Positions 1 through 7,730 of a stretch of DNA of 64,000 nt are shown here, in pieces (the stretch's first letter is position 1; each line of letters opens with the position of its first letter). Both the position numbers and the translations under genes were made by a program. Source of the stretch: Parachlamydiales bacterium (GTDB lineage: Bacteria; Chlamydiota; Chlamydiia; Chlamydiales; JAJFMK01); NCBI GenBank assembly GCA_963765145.1, contig CAVXVG010000021.1, positions 96,001 through 160,000 of the forward strand, given 5' to 3'. Under the pieces are notes generated by a model. That model searched no databases. It worked only from the letters and a program-made list of their open reading frames with translations, and had not been told where the DNA came from.

Positions 1-799
1 TTCTTCCACTCCAATAGTCAAGAAGCGCTAAATAATTTATGAATCCAGCTCCTAACACTAAAACAAGAGACTGAACAACGCCTGTAAGGAATCGCTTTTT
101 AAAAAAGGTAGTAAATTTGATAATTTGGCTATCAAGCTGCTCAGAGAGCTTGTTAGATACAACATCTAGAATGTGGTAATTATTCACAAGTTGCCGATTA
201 CTCAGAAAATCATGCAGCTTTGATCGAGTTGACAAAGTTTCATTAATAGCACTCTTATGCAATGGACGAACCGAATCCGTCAATTTCAACACGGTAAAAA
301 AATAGATTCCAACAACAGAGAGGAATGTAAAAGAATACTTCAATCCAAAGCCGATTAGAATCAGAGCTGAAGATATAATCACCTCTAGAAGTAATGGCAG
401 GACCATATAGTAAATTCTCTCCAGAATGACGATAAAACTACCTTCTCCGTTATTAATTATTTGAGTCAATTTTCCCAAATCTTCGTTTCTTTTTGATCCT
501 AGATTGTTAGAGAAGATGTTTTCAAAACTTTTTAGCGACAGAACCTTCAACAACCGTTGTGAAAGCGGGCCAAAAATAAACAATTGCATCTCTCGAGTAA
601 CTCGAGAAAAAAGAAATGCGAACACAAAAAATGTGAAATAAAAAAATACATCAGCACCTTCTTTAACGTGATTAATAAGATTATTAATAGAAATTGGGAT
701 TTGGGACGAAAAAAATGCATACAGCGCGACATTCACCAAGGACAAAGTAATAAACAATTTGTCTTTTGTCAGCAGTCCCGTATTTACCCTCGCAAACAC
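1..799 (-). CDS. ABC exporter, transmembrane domain (ABCB/ATM1-like), 3' part outside the window
   Basis: Not in the ORF track. Manual translation from GTG 799 is open to base 1: VFARVNTGLLTKDKLFITLSLVNVALYAFFSS...FLFSRVTREMQLFIFGPLSQRLLK...DLGKLTQIINNG...VLPLLLEVIISSALILIGFGLKYSFTFLSVVGIYFF...LHDFLSNRQLV. Several TM helices in the ABC_membrane pattern. Start codon uncertain. Confidence 0.8.
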   Translation of the reverse strand, partial: MFARVNTGLLTKDKLFITLSLVNVALYAFFSSQIPISINNLINHVKEGADVFFYFTFFVFAFLFSRVTREMQLFIFGPLSQRLLKVLSLKSFENIFSNNLGSKRNEDLGKLTQIINNGEGSFIVILERIYYMVLPLLLEVIISSALILIGFGLKYSFTFLSVVGIYFFTVLKLTDSVRPLHKSAINETLSTRSKLHDFLSNRQLVNNYHILDVVSNKLSEQLDSQIIKFTTFFKKRFLTGVVQSLVLVLGAGFINYLALLDYWSGR

Positions 800-862
800 T
801 CTTCTAATCGTTAGCTTTTCTCTTAATTTGATAAAAACCTCTCTAGAATCTCAATAAATTAG

Positions 863-1459
863 CTAACTGTGAAACCAATAGCGACGAATAGTTCTCTCTC
901 CAGAAAAAGAACCGCGACTGTGAAGAAATCTCCAATTATTTATCACTAAGACCTTGCCAAGAGGTATAGCACCAAGAGAAATTGAATTAGACTGGGCAGA
1001 AAGAAATAGCTCTTGATGAACACGCTCTAAATCTGACTCTTCCAAAGCAGGAGACATAAAATCACGCCTATACCGAAATAGAAATGAGCCGTCAGGCGCT
1101 CTATCAAGGATTCTAGCTAAAATTCTTTGATCACCTGAGCCAAAATAGCACGGCATTTCTAAATTTTTTGAGTTAAGATGGCTCGAATTGAATACTCTTA
1201 TCTCCCCACCTTCGCAAGGCTTTAAAAGCTGAATAGCAATATACTTTGGAGGGATTAACTGGAATGTGGCATCGGTATGGTAATAAAATTCATCATTTGA
1301 CGATTGAAGATCTCCCTCACCAATGAGGGAACTAATCGTCACAGATCGAGTTAGATTTAATCTCGTTCCACTTAAATGAGAAATCTCATTGAGCAGATTT
1401 AAATCAGTACCAACATCTAGATAGGCATATCCTAAATTAGTTAATTCATTTTGAGTCAT
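863..1459 (-). CDS. TauD/TfdA-family 2-oxoglutarate/Fe(II) dioxygenase
   Basis: HxD (YYHTDATF) and distal His/Arg (NNWRFLHSRGSF...RTIRR). Likely start ATG 1459, overlapping the upstream gene. Confidence 0.8.
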   Translation of the reverse strand: MTQNELTNLGYAYLDVGTDLNLLNEISHLSGTRLNLTRSVTISSLIGEGDLQSSNDEFYYHTDATFQLIPPKYIAIQLLKPCEGGEIRVFNSSHLNSKNLEMPCYFGSGDQRILARILDRAPDGSFLFRYRRDFMSPALEESDLERVHQELFLSAQSNSISLGAIPLGKVLVINNWRFLHSRGSFSGERTIRRYWFHS

Positions 1460-2522
1460 CTTTAGGAACTCCAATCTTGATAAAATATAACGGGTCTAGT
1501 GGGATTCCAACTAAATTCAGTAGTTTTTTTGCACTTGTTTCATGAATTGCTGGCGTGCCCCACCCACCTAACCCAAAGTTACTTGCTGCTTGAAAAAACT
1601 CCTGACCTAACTCTCCCGCTTGAATAAGGAGGTTGATATAGGCCCTTGAATGCCTATAAATCCAATAATACCGATCCCACTGTGAGCATAGAAAAAGACA
1701 GAAGCCACCGCCTTTAATCCATCGCTGATACTGAATACAAGAATAAATATCTCTTTCGTTTTTATAAGAATTAACTCTAGTCAATCCATGCCTGACAGGA
1801 TCATAATGATAGATCCCATTATCTATACCCTCAACACCTTGAATTGCAATAAAAACAACTGCCCAAGAATAAAATGAATTAAACATTTGTAACGGGTCGG
1901 GTTGACTTCTCGATACATGCAAAGCTCTAATCTGCTCAGTTGCATCATGAATTACCGATGAAAAGCATGAAATGGACACTATTTCTTTTTTAAAAGACCT
2001 TACGCTTTTCCTTTTGAAAATAGAATCAATCCTGTTCTCTTTAGGTGAGTGAGGTTCTTCAAGCTGAATAAAATCACCAATAAAAGTGATGTACTCGGGA
2101 TATTTTCCCTCTTGCTGTTGCTCACGAACAATCTGCCTTCTGAGTTCGAATAGGCTCGGAATGGATACCTCATCTGGATCTTCCTCTACATACTTCAAGT
2201 TGAGTTGAGAAAAAGCTAAGTAAGCGGCTCTTGTCCAATTATGCTTCTCCCACAACTCAGCAGACACATATTCATCAGAACAAGTATCACAAATAATTCC
2301 GCTTGAAAGGGCACAAACTATTTCCCTTTCAGAAAAACCATGTTGCAATAACTCTCCCCTTAATTTAGGTGTCAAGCAGAAATGCGAGATGTCTACTAGT
2401 CGCGAAGAGACTTTTTTAAAAGCTGAATTAGTGTGCAGATTTCGCGCTACAATCTTACTGTTGTTAAATTCAAAAACAAAAAAAGGAGACGTTACAAACT
2501 TTAAATCTTCGCTTAGCCTCAT
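1446..2522 (-). CDS. SagB/ThcOx-like nitroreductase-fold protein (copy B)
   Basis: IFKRKSVRSF (RxSxR FMN-phosphate motif), GIYHYDP, WIYRHSRAYINLLIQAGELGQ. About 90-aa N-terminal extension, possibly an RRE. Confidence 0.8.
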   Translation of the reverse strand: MRLSEDLKFVTSPFFVFEFNNSKIVARNLHTNSAFKKVSSRLVDISHFCLTPKLRGELLQHGFSEREIVCALSSGIICDTCSDEYVSAELWEKHNWTRAAYLAFSQLNLKYVEEDPDEVSIPSLFELRRQIVREQQQEGKYPEYITFIGDFIQLEEPHSPKENRIDSIFKRKSVRSFKKEIVSISCFSSVIHDATEQIRALHVSRSQPDPLQMFNSFYSWAVVFIAIQGVEGIDNGIYHYDPVRHGLTRVNSYKNERDIYSCIQYQRWIKGGGFCLFLCSQWDRYYWIYRHSRAYINLLIQAGELGQEFFQAASNFGLGGWGTPAIHETSAKKLLNLVGIPLDPLYFIKIGVPKDDSK

Positions 2523-3577
2523 ACAAGAGTACCAACATAAAGTGGCGTTTGAGTTGCCTGGTTGATTTTTAAAAGATTAGAAATCGTAGAGTCCTCAAAT
2601 TTTTGATAGGTATAGTGCTTGTAACCAAGTAAATTTGAAATAGTCCGATAGGCCATTATTGCATGACCAACATCAAGCAGAATAGCTCTCCAGGACCTAG
2701 ACTCTCTATATCTCCACATCGCTCTTTCATAGAGCGTCGTGTATATCAAGAGCGCTTTAGGCGCTGATTTATACTTTCTAAAAAGATCAAAAGTGCCTTT
2801 TTCGAACTGTGCGTAAAAGTCACCTGGATTGATCAGATCGAGTGAATTGCTTTTAACGTTATAATGATAACAACCTTTTTGAAGGACCTCTTCGCTACCA
2901 AACCACACCAAAAACACTTCTAATGGGTGCCTAGCACCACCAGATGGAATTGCCTTTTTTAAAAAATGTCCCTGCACGCCAAAATTGAGTTTGGATCTTT
3001 CCCCATAAGCAACATCTAAAAGAACTGAGAGACCCTCTATGCCCAATTTCTGCTTTTCGGAAAGCTTGTTGATGTATTCATCGACAGACTCATCATTTTT
3101 AAATTTAACTAATAGCTTCGATGAAAGCGCATGAAAATTTTGGTAAATTGAAGGAGGACAACCTTCCTTTCGGTATTGCACCATCCTAGCTTCATCTTCC
3201 ACTAAACCTTTCCGTACGTTCATCTTTAAGAACGGGTAATCTTTAGTTGCTTCATGATAAACGGATGCTTCACTCCAGCCATACTTTTTCCATTCCTCAT
3301 AGCCTGTCTCTATTCCGGCTTTACGGATAATTCCTGCATTCAGACATAAGTCAAAAACTCCGGTAAACTTCAAAGTATCACCAAAGATAGTAATCCAAGC
3401 ATCTTTAGCAAGATGAAGGTCAAACGTTCTGCTTAATGCTAAAAGCCAGGTGAGGATTTTTGGGTCCTTAAGAATAATACAAGGACTAGCTGAATCTATT
3501 TCAGCTACAAGCTTCCTCACCCCGGAGACAATCTTTGTAAATACAAGTAGGTTGCTATGTATCTCGTAATTGGTCAA
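2519..3577 (-). CDS. SagB/ThcOx-like peptide dehydrogenase (copy A)
   Basis: KAIPSGGARHPLEVF, GCYHYNV, AMWRYRESRSWRAILLDVGH. N-terminal extension. 4-bp ATGA overlap with copy B. Confidence 0.85.
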   Translation of the reverse strand: MTNYEIHSNLLVFTKIVSGVRKLVAEIDSASPCIILKDPKILTWLLALSRTFDLHLAKDAWITIFGDTLKFTGVFDLCLNAGIIRKAGIETGYEEWKKYGWSEASVYHEATKDYPFLKMNVRKGLVEDEARMVQYRKEGCPPSIYQNFHALSSKLLVKFKNDESVDEYINKLSEKQKLGIEGLSVLLDVAYGERSKLNFGVQGHFLKKAIPSGGARHPLEVFLVWFGSEEVLQKGCYHYNVKSNSLDLINPGDFYAQFEKGTFDLFRKYKSAPKALLIYTTLYERAMWRYRESRSWRAILLDVGHAIMAYRTISNLLGYKHYTYQKFEDSTISNLLKINQATQTPLYVGTLV

Positions 3578-3612
3578 CTGATTCCCAAAAATTTTATTTT
3601 TCCGTTATTAAC

Positions 3613-3636
3613 GATCAACCCCAATGGCGGTGGATC
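3613..3636 (-). promoter_or_regulatory. Stem-loop between precursor gene and modifying enzymes
   Basis: On the minus strand GATCCACCGCC-ATT-GGGGTTGATC forms an imperfect hairpin with no downstream U-tract. Confidence 0.45.
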
Positions 3637-3643
3637 AAAAAAA

Positions 3644-3802
3644 TCACTCTTCTATTTGCTCATCAGCATATTCCTTAATGGAAATATCACAACCAGTAAT
3701 GATACTCCCATTTTGAATGGTTGCAGCAATTACTGAATCTGCATCAGCAATTTCGATCAGATCTTGGTAGTCTTCAATAAGATTAACTAAACATGCACTC
3801 AT
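3644..3802 (-). CDS. Candidate RiPP precursor peptide, 52 aa
   Basis: Below the ORF-track cutoff. AAGGAG RBS (3810-3815) 7 nt before ATG. Sequence MSACLVNLIEDYQDLIEIADADSVIAATIQNGSIITGCDISIKEYADEQIEE*. First gene of the operon. Confidence 0.8.
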   Translation of the reverse strand: MSACLVNLIEDYQDLIEIADADSVIAATIQNGSIITGCDISIKEYADEQIEE

Positions 3803-4082
3803 GACATAACTCCTTGTTCACGTCGATTGAGGAGACTAAGGCATGCCTTCTTTTTGCGCAACTTTGAAGTCTAGGAAACAATAAGGTAATCAAAAGCGGT
3901 CTTTGAGAAAATGCTTGCGAAATTCCCAATAAAAGCTAGCTACCAGACTTATAAAGCCTATGAGTCGTCTGAGCAGCTCTGTCACATTAAAAAACTTCAA
4001 ATAGCTTAGAAAGTCCTTTTCATTGAGACAATTTCTACCGAGCTTTGCTTCTGCCGATTATAAAAATTTAAAGTAGACTGAT

Positions 4083-4172
4083 CGCGCCCTTCGTAAAACC
4101 CACAGCTGCCCCCTCATTCCACTTACTATCGCCTCTGTCAAATGGCGCCTCGGCCAACCCGGTTTCATTTAA
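4083..4172 (+). repeat. Orphan copy of the 3' 90 bp of the PRTase-domain gene
   Basis: Encodes RALRKTHSCPLIPLTIASVKWRLGQPGFI*. Matches 4734-4823 with 12 differences, 11 of them silent. Confidence 0.9.
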
Positions 4173-4239
4173 CTCACCCTCTGCATGGCATACACATCAA
4201 TCTAAGGAAAAGCATCCTGTTATTTTTGTGTAAGGTGAG

Positions 4240-4260
4240 TTATCTAAAATTGGTTGTTGG
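4240..4260 (-). repeat. Orphan copy of the 3' end of the amide hydrolase gene
   Basis: ttatctaaaattggttgttgg matches 5926-5946 at 20/21 positions. Minus-strand translation ...PPSIPTTNFR* versus ...PPTTPITNFR*. Confidence 0.7.
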
Positions 4261-4823
4261 GATGCTTGGAGGAAGAGCTCCGGCTCCGTCCAAGTCCCAT
4301 TGCAGGAGCTAAAACACACAACATCTCTCCAGGACTTAGCCTTTTTGATGGCAAAATGCGGATGCCGCTCTTTCTTCGCTTTATGAAAGAGCGTGCCTTA
4401 ACAGAAGAGGCCCATCCCGACATCCTCGCGCTTCTCATCCAGCATACCTCTACATTCTTGCCCATTGCTGCCATCGTTTCCCTCCCCTCTAAAACATGGA
4501 AAGCCCAAAACAGCTACGCCAAAGCCCTTTCGACACATTTTAATGTTCCCATCCTTCCCCTACTTACCTGGGAAACCCCTCCTGAAAAGCGGCAAGGAGA
4601 ACTTCTCAACAACGACCAGCGCCACCACAATGTCCATCAAAAAATGAAAGCAAGCTTCACAAGCATGCCTCCCGGCGCTCTGATCCTTCTCGACGACTAC
4701 ATTGACTCAGGCGCCACCCTGAAGGAGGCTGCACGCGCCCTCCGCAAAACCCACAGCTGCCCTCTTATCCCTCTCACCATCGCCGCTGTCAAATGGCGCC
4801 TCGGTCAACCCGGTTTTATTTAG
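4254..4823 (+). pseudogene. ComF/PRTase-like domain, probably a 5'-truncated C-terminal fragment of a RecQ-PRTase helicase gene
   Basis: LILLDDYIDSGATL PRPP-binding motif and Q..LLNNDQRHHNV. The apparent start lies inside the remnant of another gene's tail. Confidence 0.6.
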
Positions 4824-4865
4824 CTCGACTTTTTATAAAAAAAAAATCATCTTTTAAAATAAAAG

Positions 4866-4895
4866 TTGACAAAAGAAGCCCCCATCCGCTACAAT
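4866..4895 (+). promoter_or_regulatory. sigma70/sigma66-type promoter
   Basis: TTGACA (4866-4871), 18 bp spacer, TACAAT (4890-4895), then GGAG RBS and ATG 4913. Confidence 0.65.
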
Positions 4896-4912
4896 CAAGC
4901 AACGGAGACCTT

Positions 4913-5828
4913 ATGCATTTATCTTCAGTTAACAAAAGTTTTAGTTCATTTATCCCAAGTCAAATCCAATCTAGTGGCAAAGCGCTCGCAGGATTCATAA
5001 GTGAAGCTTTTTCGAAATACACTGGACTACAAGCCCCATCATTAAAATCCTTTAAATCTAACTTGATTCCTGGCGCTCTTGCCTTAGCGGTCTGTGCTAT
5101 TTACTTTTATATTTCTCGCGGGTCGAAGCCTCCAATAGACCAATTCATCAAGGATATGTCTATGTATCCATTTTCTAAGCATCCAACAAGCGTTAATGTG
5201 GTTCGTGCTATTTTATTAAGCCCTGATAAAACCCGTGAATTGCTAGATAAGACTTCCTCAAATCTAGGAAGGGGGGGGGAGGAATCAACTCATGGAGATG
5301 GCACCATCAGCCGATGTTGAAGTGTTTAAGATACTCATCGATAAAATAAAGCTGACTGAGGAAGAATTCAGTGAAATTGTTCACTGGGCTTCATTTGACT
5401 GGGGTGAGGACATGCCCCCTTTCTATAGTCGCGTCATAGCACGTCAAGAAAAGTTAGACTTTATTCTTTCGAATTATAAAAAGGATAATTTGCTTTTTAG
5501 TTTTGAAGAACCAAACCCCTATTTAGATCATTACCTTTTATCAACAACCCTGATAAGCTTTAACGAAATTCTTGATGGAGAAGCGGGGATACGTAATATA
5601 GAGATAAAAACTATCGAGTGTCTTGCTAGGCTTGTGGACTTCGGAGTCGATCCAAATGCAAAAGATAAAAAAGGTGAAACGGCCATCCAAACTGCTTATC
5701 GTAACAATGATTTAAAGCGGATGGAGGTTCTGCTAAGAATGGGAGCAAATCCTCTAGTAAGAAATTGGCTAGGAGATAATGTTGACATGACTCAGTTTCC
5801 GGACATCCCAAAATTTAAAAATGCTTGA
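4913..5828 (+). pseudogene. Ankyrin-repeat protein with N-terminal TM helix, split by a frameshift at a G9 tract
   Basis: Removing one G at 5271-5279 joins the ORFs 4793..5320 and 5292..5828. C-terminal ankyrin repeat LVDFGVDPNAKDKKGETAIQTA...LLRMGANP. Confidence 0.7.
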
Positions 5829-5853
5829 ACCCTCGAGCTTAAGCCCGAAGGGT
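5829..5853 (+). terminator. Hairpin after the ankyrin gene
   Basis: accctcgagcttaagcccgaagggt, imperfect inverted repeat followed by gttt. Confidence 0.4.
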
Positions 5854-5860
5854 GTTTCCT

Positions 5861-5933
5861 CCACAGCAGCCCTCTCATTCTACTCACGATTGTCGTAATC
5901 AAATGGCGCCTCGGCCAACCCGGCTTTATCTAA
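5861..5933 (+). repeat. Third copy of the PRTase-gene 3' tail
   Basis: HSSPLILLTIVVIKWRLGQPGFI*. Overlaps the stop codon of the convergent hydrolase gene. Confidence 0.85.
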
Positions 5934-7095
5934 AATTGGTTATTGGAGTGGTTGGGGGAGTAGCATTTGGAACAGTTGGTGGAATAACGCCCATCCCTGC
6001 TGCTTCTGGAGGCTTCACCTCAACGGGAATCATTGAAGTGGTGGCGTTGACGAACTTGGTGGTGGTCGGAATGGTCATTTTAACTTGTGGAGCATTTGGT
6101 GCCATGTTTAGCTTGCTCATGTCGATCTGATAGAGGTTGGGATCTTCATACGAACGAACGTAGAAGTTTTTATTGGTCAAATCTTTGATGACAACCCATT
6201 GGGTGTAGTCGCTTGTGTTGTTCTTTTCTTGAACATCGCCAAGAGGGATATCGACCGTATTCAATAAGTGAAGTGCAAGGATGGTCACATCTGTGCTGTT
6301 TTTCGCCCGTTTAGCAAATTGCTTATAAGCGGCAATCCGGACAAATCGAGATGGAGGAGTCCAATCGCCCGGTATCCCTAAAAAACCGCTCCCTTGTCCT
6401 GTACCATCTATTACAGTATTGCCTATTTTGACAGGACCGGCATTCATCGCATTTAAGTTAATATAGTTAGATAAGTTAACCACATGCCATTCGAAATAGG
6501 GGGCGTTGGTTAAAATCCGGACAGGGTTATCTGAAATAACCTTTTCCCCTTTGATAAACTCGATCACAATCGACTTGCCGGTTGCATCATGCAAACTGAT
6601 ATGGCAGGGAGGAATGGTATTACCAAATTCAGCAATGGGTTCAGCAAAAAGGTACACTTTTTCTAAGCCTGCACGGGCTTCATCCACAGTCGCAAAATTG
6701 CCTAACAACCAGTTGCCAATATTGGTCAATAAAAGGGCTTCAGACTCTTTTCCAGCGGGGACTTTTTGGTATTCAGCCCCGGGAAACCAAAGTGCACCAA
6801 AAGATAGCCCTTTTTCATTCATCCCATCGACAGGCAAATCGAGGCCAAAAGCATTGACAGCAAGATACCCATATTTAGAGGTCCAACTCAGCCCTTGGAT
6901 AGGGTCGGAATGGGGGTTCGTTAAAGTGATCGAATACTTTTCTCCCTGAGGATGGAGGACCACTTCAGAACGGAGGTTAAGGGCAAATTCCATTGACCGC
7001 CCCACCACCTCGCTTTTATCTTCTGCCGTCAGCTGAAAATCGGTACAGCAATAAAGAGGGGCCTGCAAAAAGAGAAGGGCCAATAAGTATTTCAT
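5926..7095 (-). CDS. Choloylglycine hydrolase / linear amide C-N hydrolase family (Ntn hydrolase), secreted
   Basis: Signal peptide MKYLLALLFLQAPLYC, then nucleophile CTDF. GRSMEF, DGMNEKGL, PGDWTPPSRFVR. Pro/Thr-rich tail. Confidence 0.9.
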   Translation of the reverse strand: MKYLLALLFLQAPLYCCTDFQLTAEDKSEVVGRSMEFALNLRSEVVLHPQGEKYSITLTNPHSDPIQGLSWTSKYGYLAVNAFGLDLPVDGMNEKGLSFGALWFPGAEYQKVPAGKESEALLLTNIGNWLLGNFATVDEARAGLEKVYLFAEPIAEFGNTIPPCHISLHDATGKSIVIEFIKGEKVISDNPVRILTNAPYFEWHVVNLSNYINLNAMNAGPVKIGNTVIDGTGQGSGFLGIPGDWTPPSRFVRIAAYKQFAKRAKNSTDVTILALHLLNTVDIPLGDVQEKNNTSDYTQWVVIKDLTNKNFYVRSYEDPNLYQIDMSKLNMAPNAPQVKMTIPTTTKFVNATTSMIPVEVKPPEAAGMGVIPPTVPNATPPTTPITNFR

Positions 7096-7124
7096 TTCAA
7101 AACTCCAATAAAGATTTACCAATA

Positions 7125-7730
7125 TCAGCTTTTGAAATATTTCTCAATGGCTCGGGCTGTCGAGGCGTAGCTTGTGTGGTACAGGGTTTGTATCCCCATC
7201 TGTTTAGCTATTTCGATATACAAAAAGGTATTTTCGACATACAAAACCTCTTCAGGAGGAGTTTGAGAAAGGTCGAGTGCAAGTTTGAAGATATCTCGAT
7301 CTGGTTTTAACAAATGGACGTAGCACGATGAGACGAACGCATCGACAAAATCGGTTAAATGGAAGGTTTTGATCCGATAATCGTTGAGCTCTTTCCCCTC
7401 GTTGCTCACCACAAAGATTTTCAAAGCATGTTTTTTCTTCAAATTTCGAAATAACTCGAGCATCTCTGGAAAAAGCTTCGACTGATCGAACATAAACCGT
7501 TTAAAGTCGTCCATTGTGAAAGATCTTTTTTCGGTAAAAACAACTCTGGTCAAATAATCATCTAAAGAAAGTTTGCCCCGCTCGAATGGATCAAAAGTCA
7601 GATGGTGTAAGTCTTCCACCTTTTCACTGTTCAGATGAAAAGTTTCGCAGGCTAATTTTCTGGAATTGCGATCCCAACCATTTGTTAAAAAGACCCCTCC
7701 AATATCTAAGAACAAGGTTTTGATCGGCAT
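7125..7730 (-). CDS. HAD-family phosphatase
   Basis: FLDIGGV motif I, VVSN, KPD motif. Confidence 0.85.
   Translation of the reverse strand: MPIKTLFLDIGGVFLTNGWDRNSRKLACETFHLNSEKVEDLHHLTFDPFERGKLSLDDYLTRVVFTEKRSFTMDDFKRFMFDQSKLFPEMLELFRNLKKKHALKIFVVSNEGKELNDYRIKTFHLTDFVDAFVSSCYVHLLKPDRDIFKLALDLSQTPPEEVLYVENTFLYIEIAKQMGIQTLYHTSYASTARAIEKYFKS

Noticed and set aside
547..814. Short ORFs 547..732(-) and 584..814(+)
   Set aside because: Shadow frames over the ABC exporter reading frame.
3886..4060. About 55 open codons on the minus strand upstream of the precursor (SAEAKLGRNCL...KDRF*)
   Set aside because: No good start codon or RBS and no recognisable motif, so it cannot be supported as a gene or second precursor.
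4793..4912. N-terminal 40 aa of ORF 4793..5320, and ORF 5852..6130
   Set aside because: These arise from the alternative frame of the repeated tail. The promoter and RBS point to ATG 4913.
4083..5933. Repeats considered as integrase att sites or CRISPR repeats
   Set aside because: They are protein-coding tails with silent divergence and irregular spacing. No integrase or cas gene is present.
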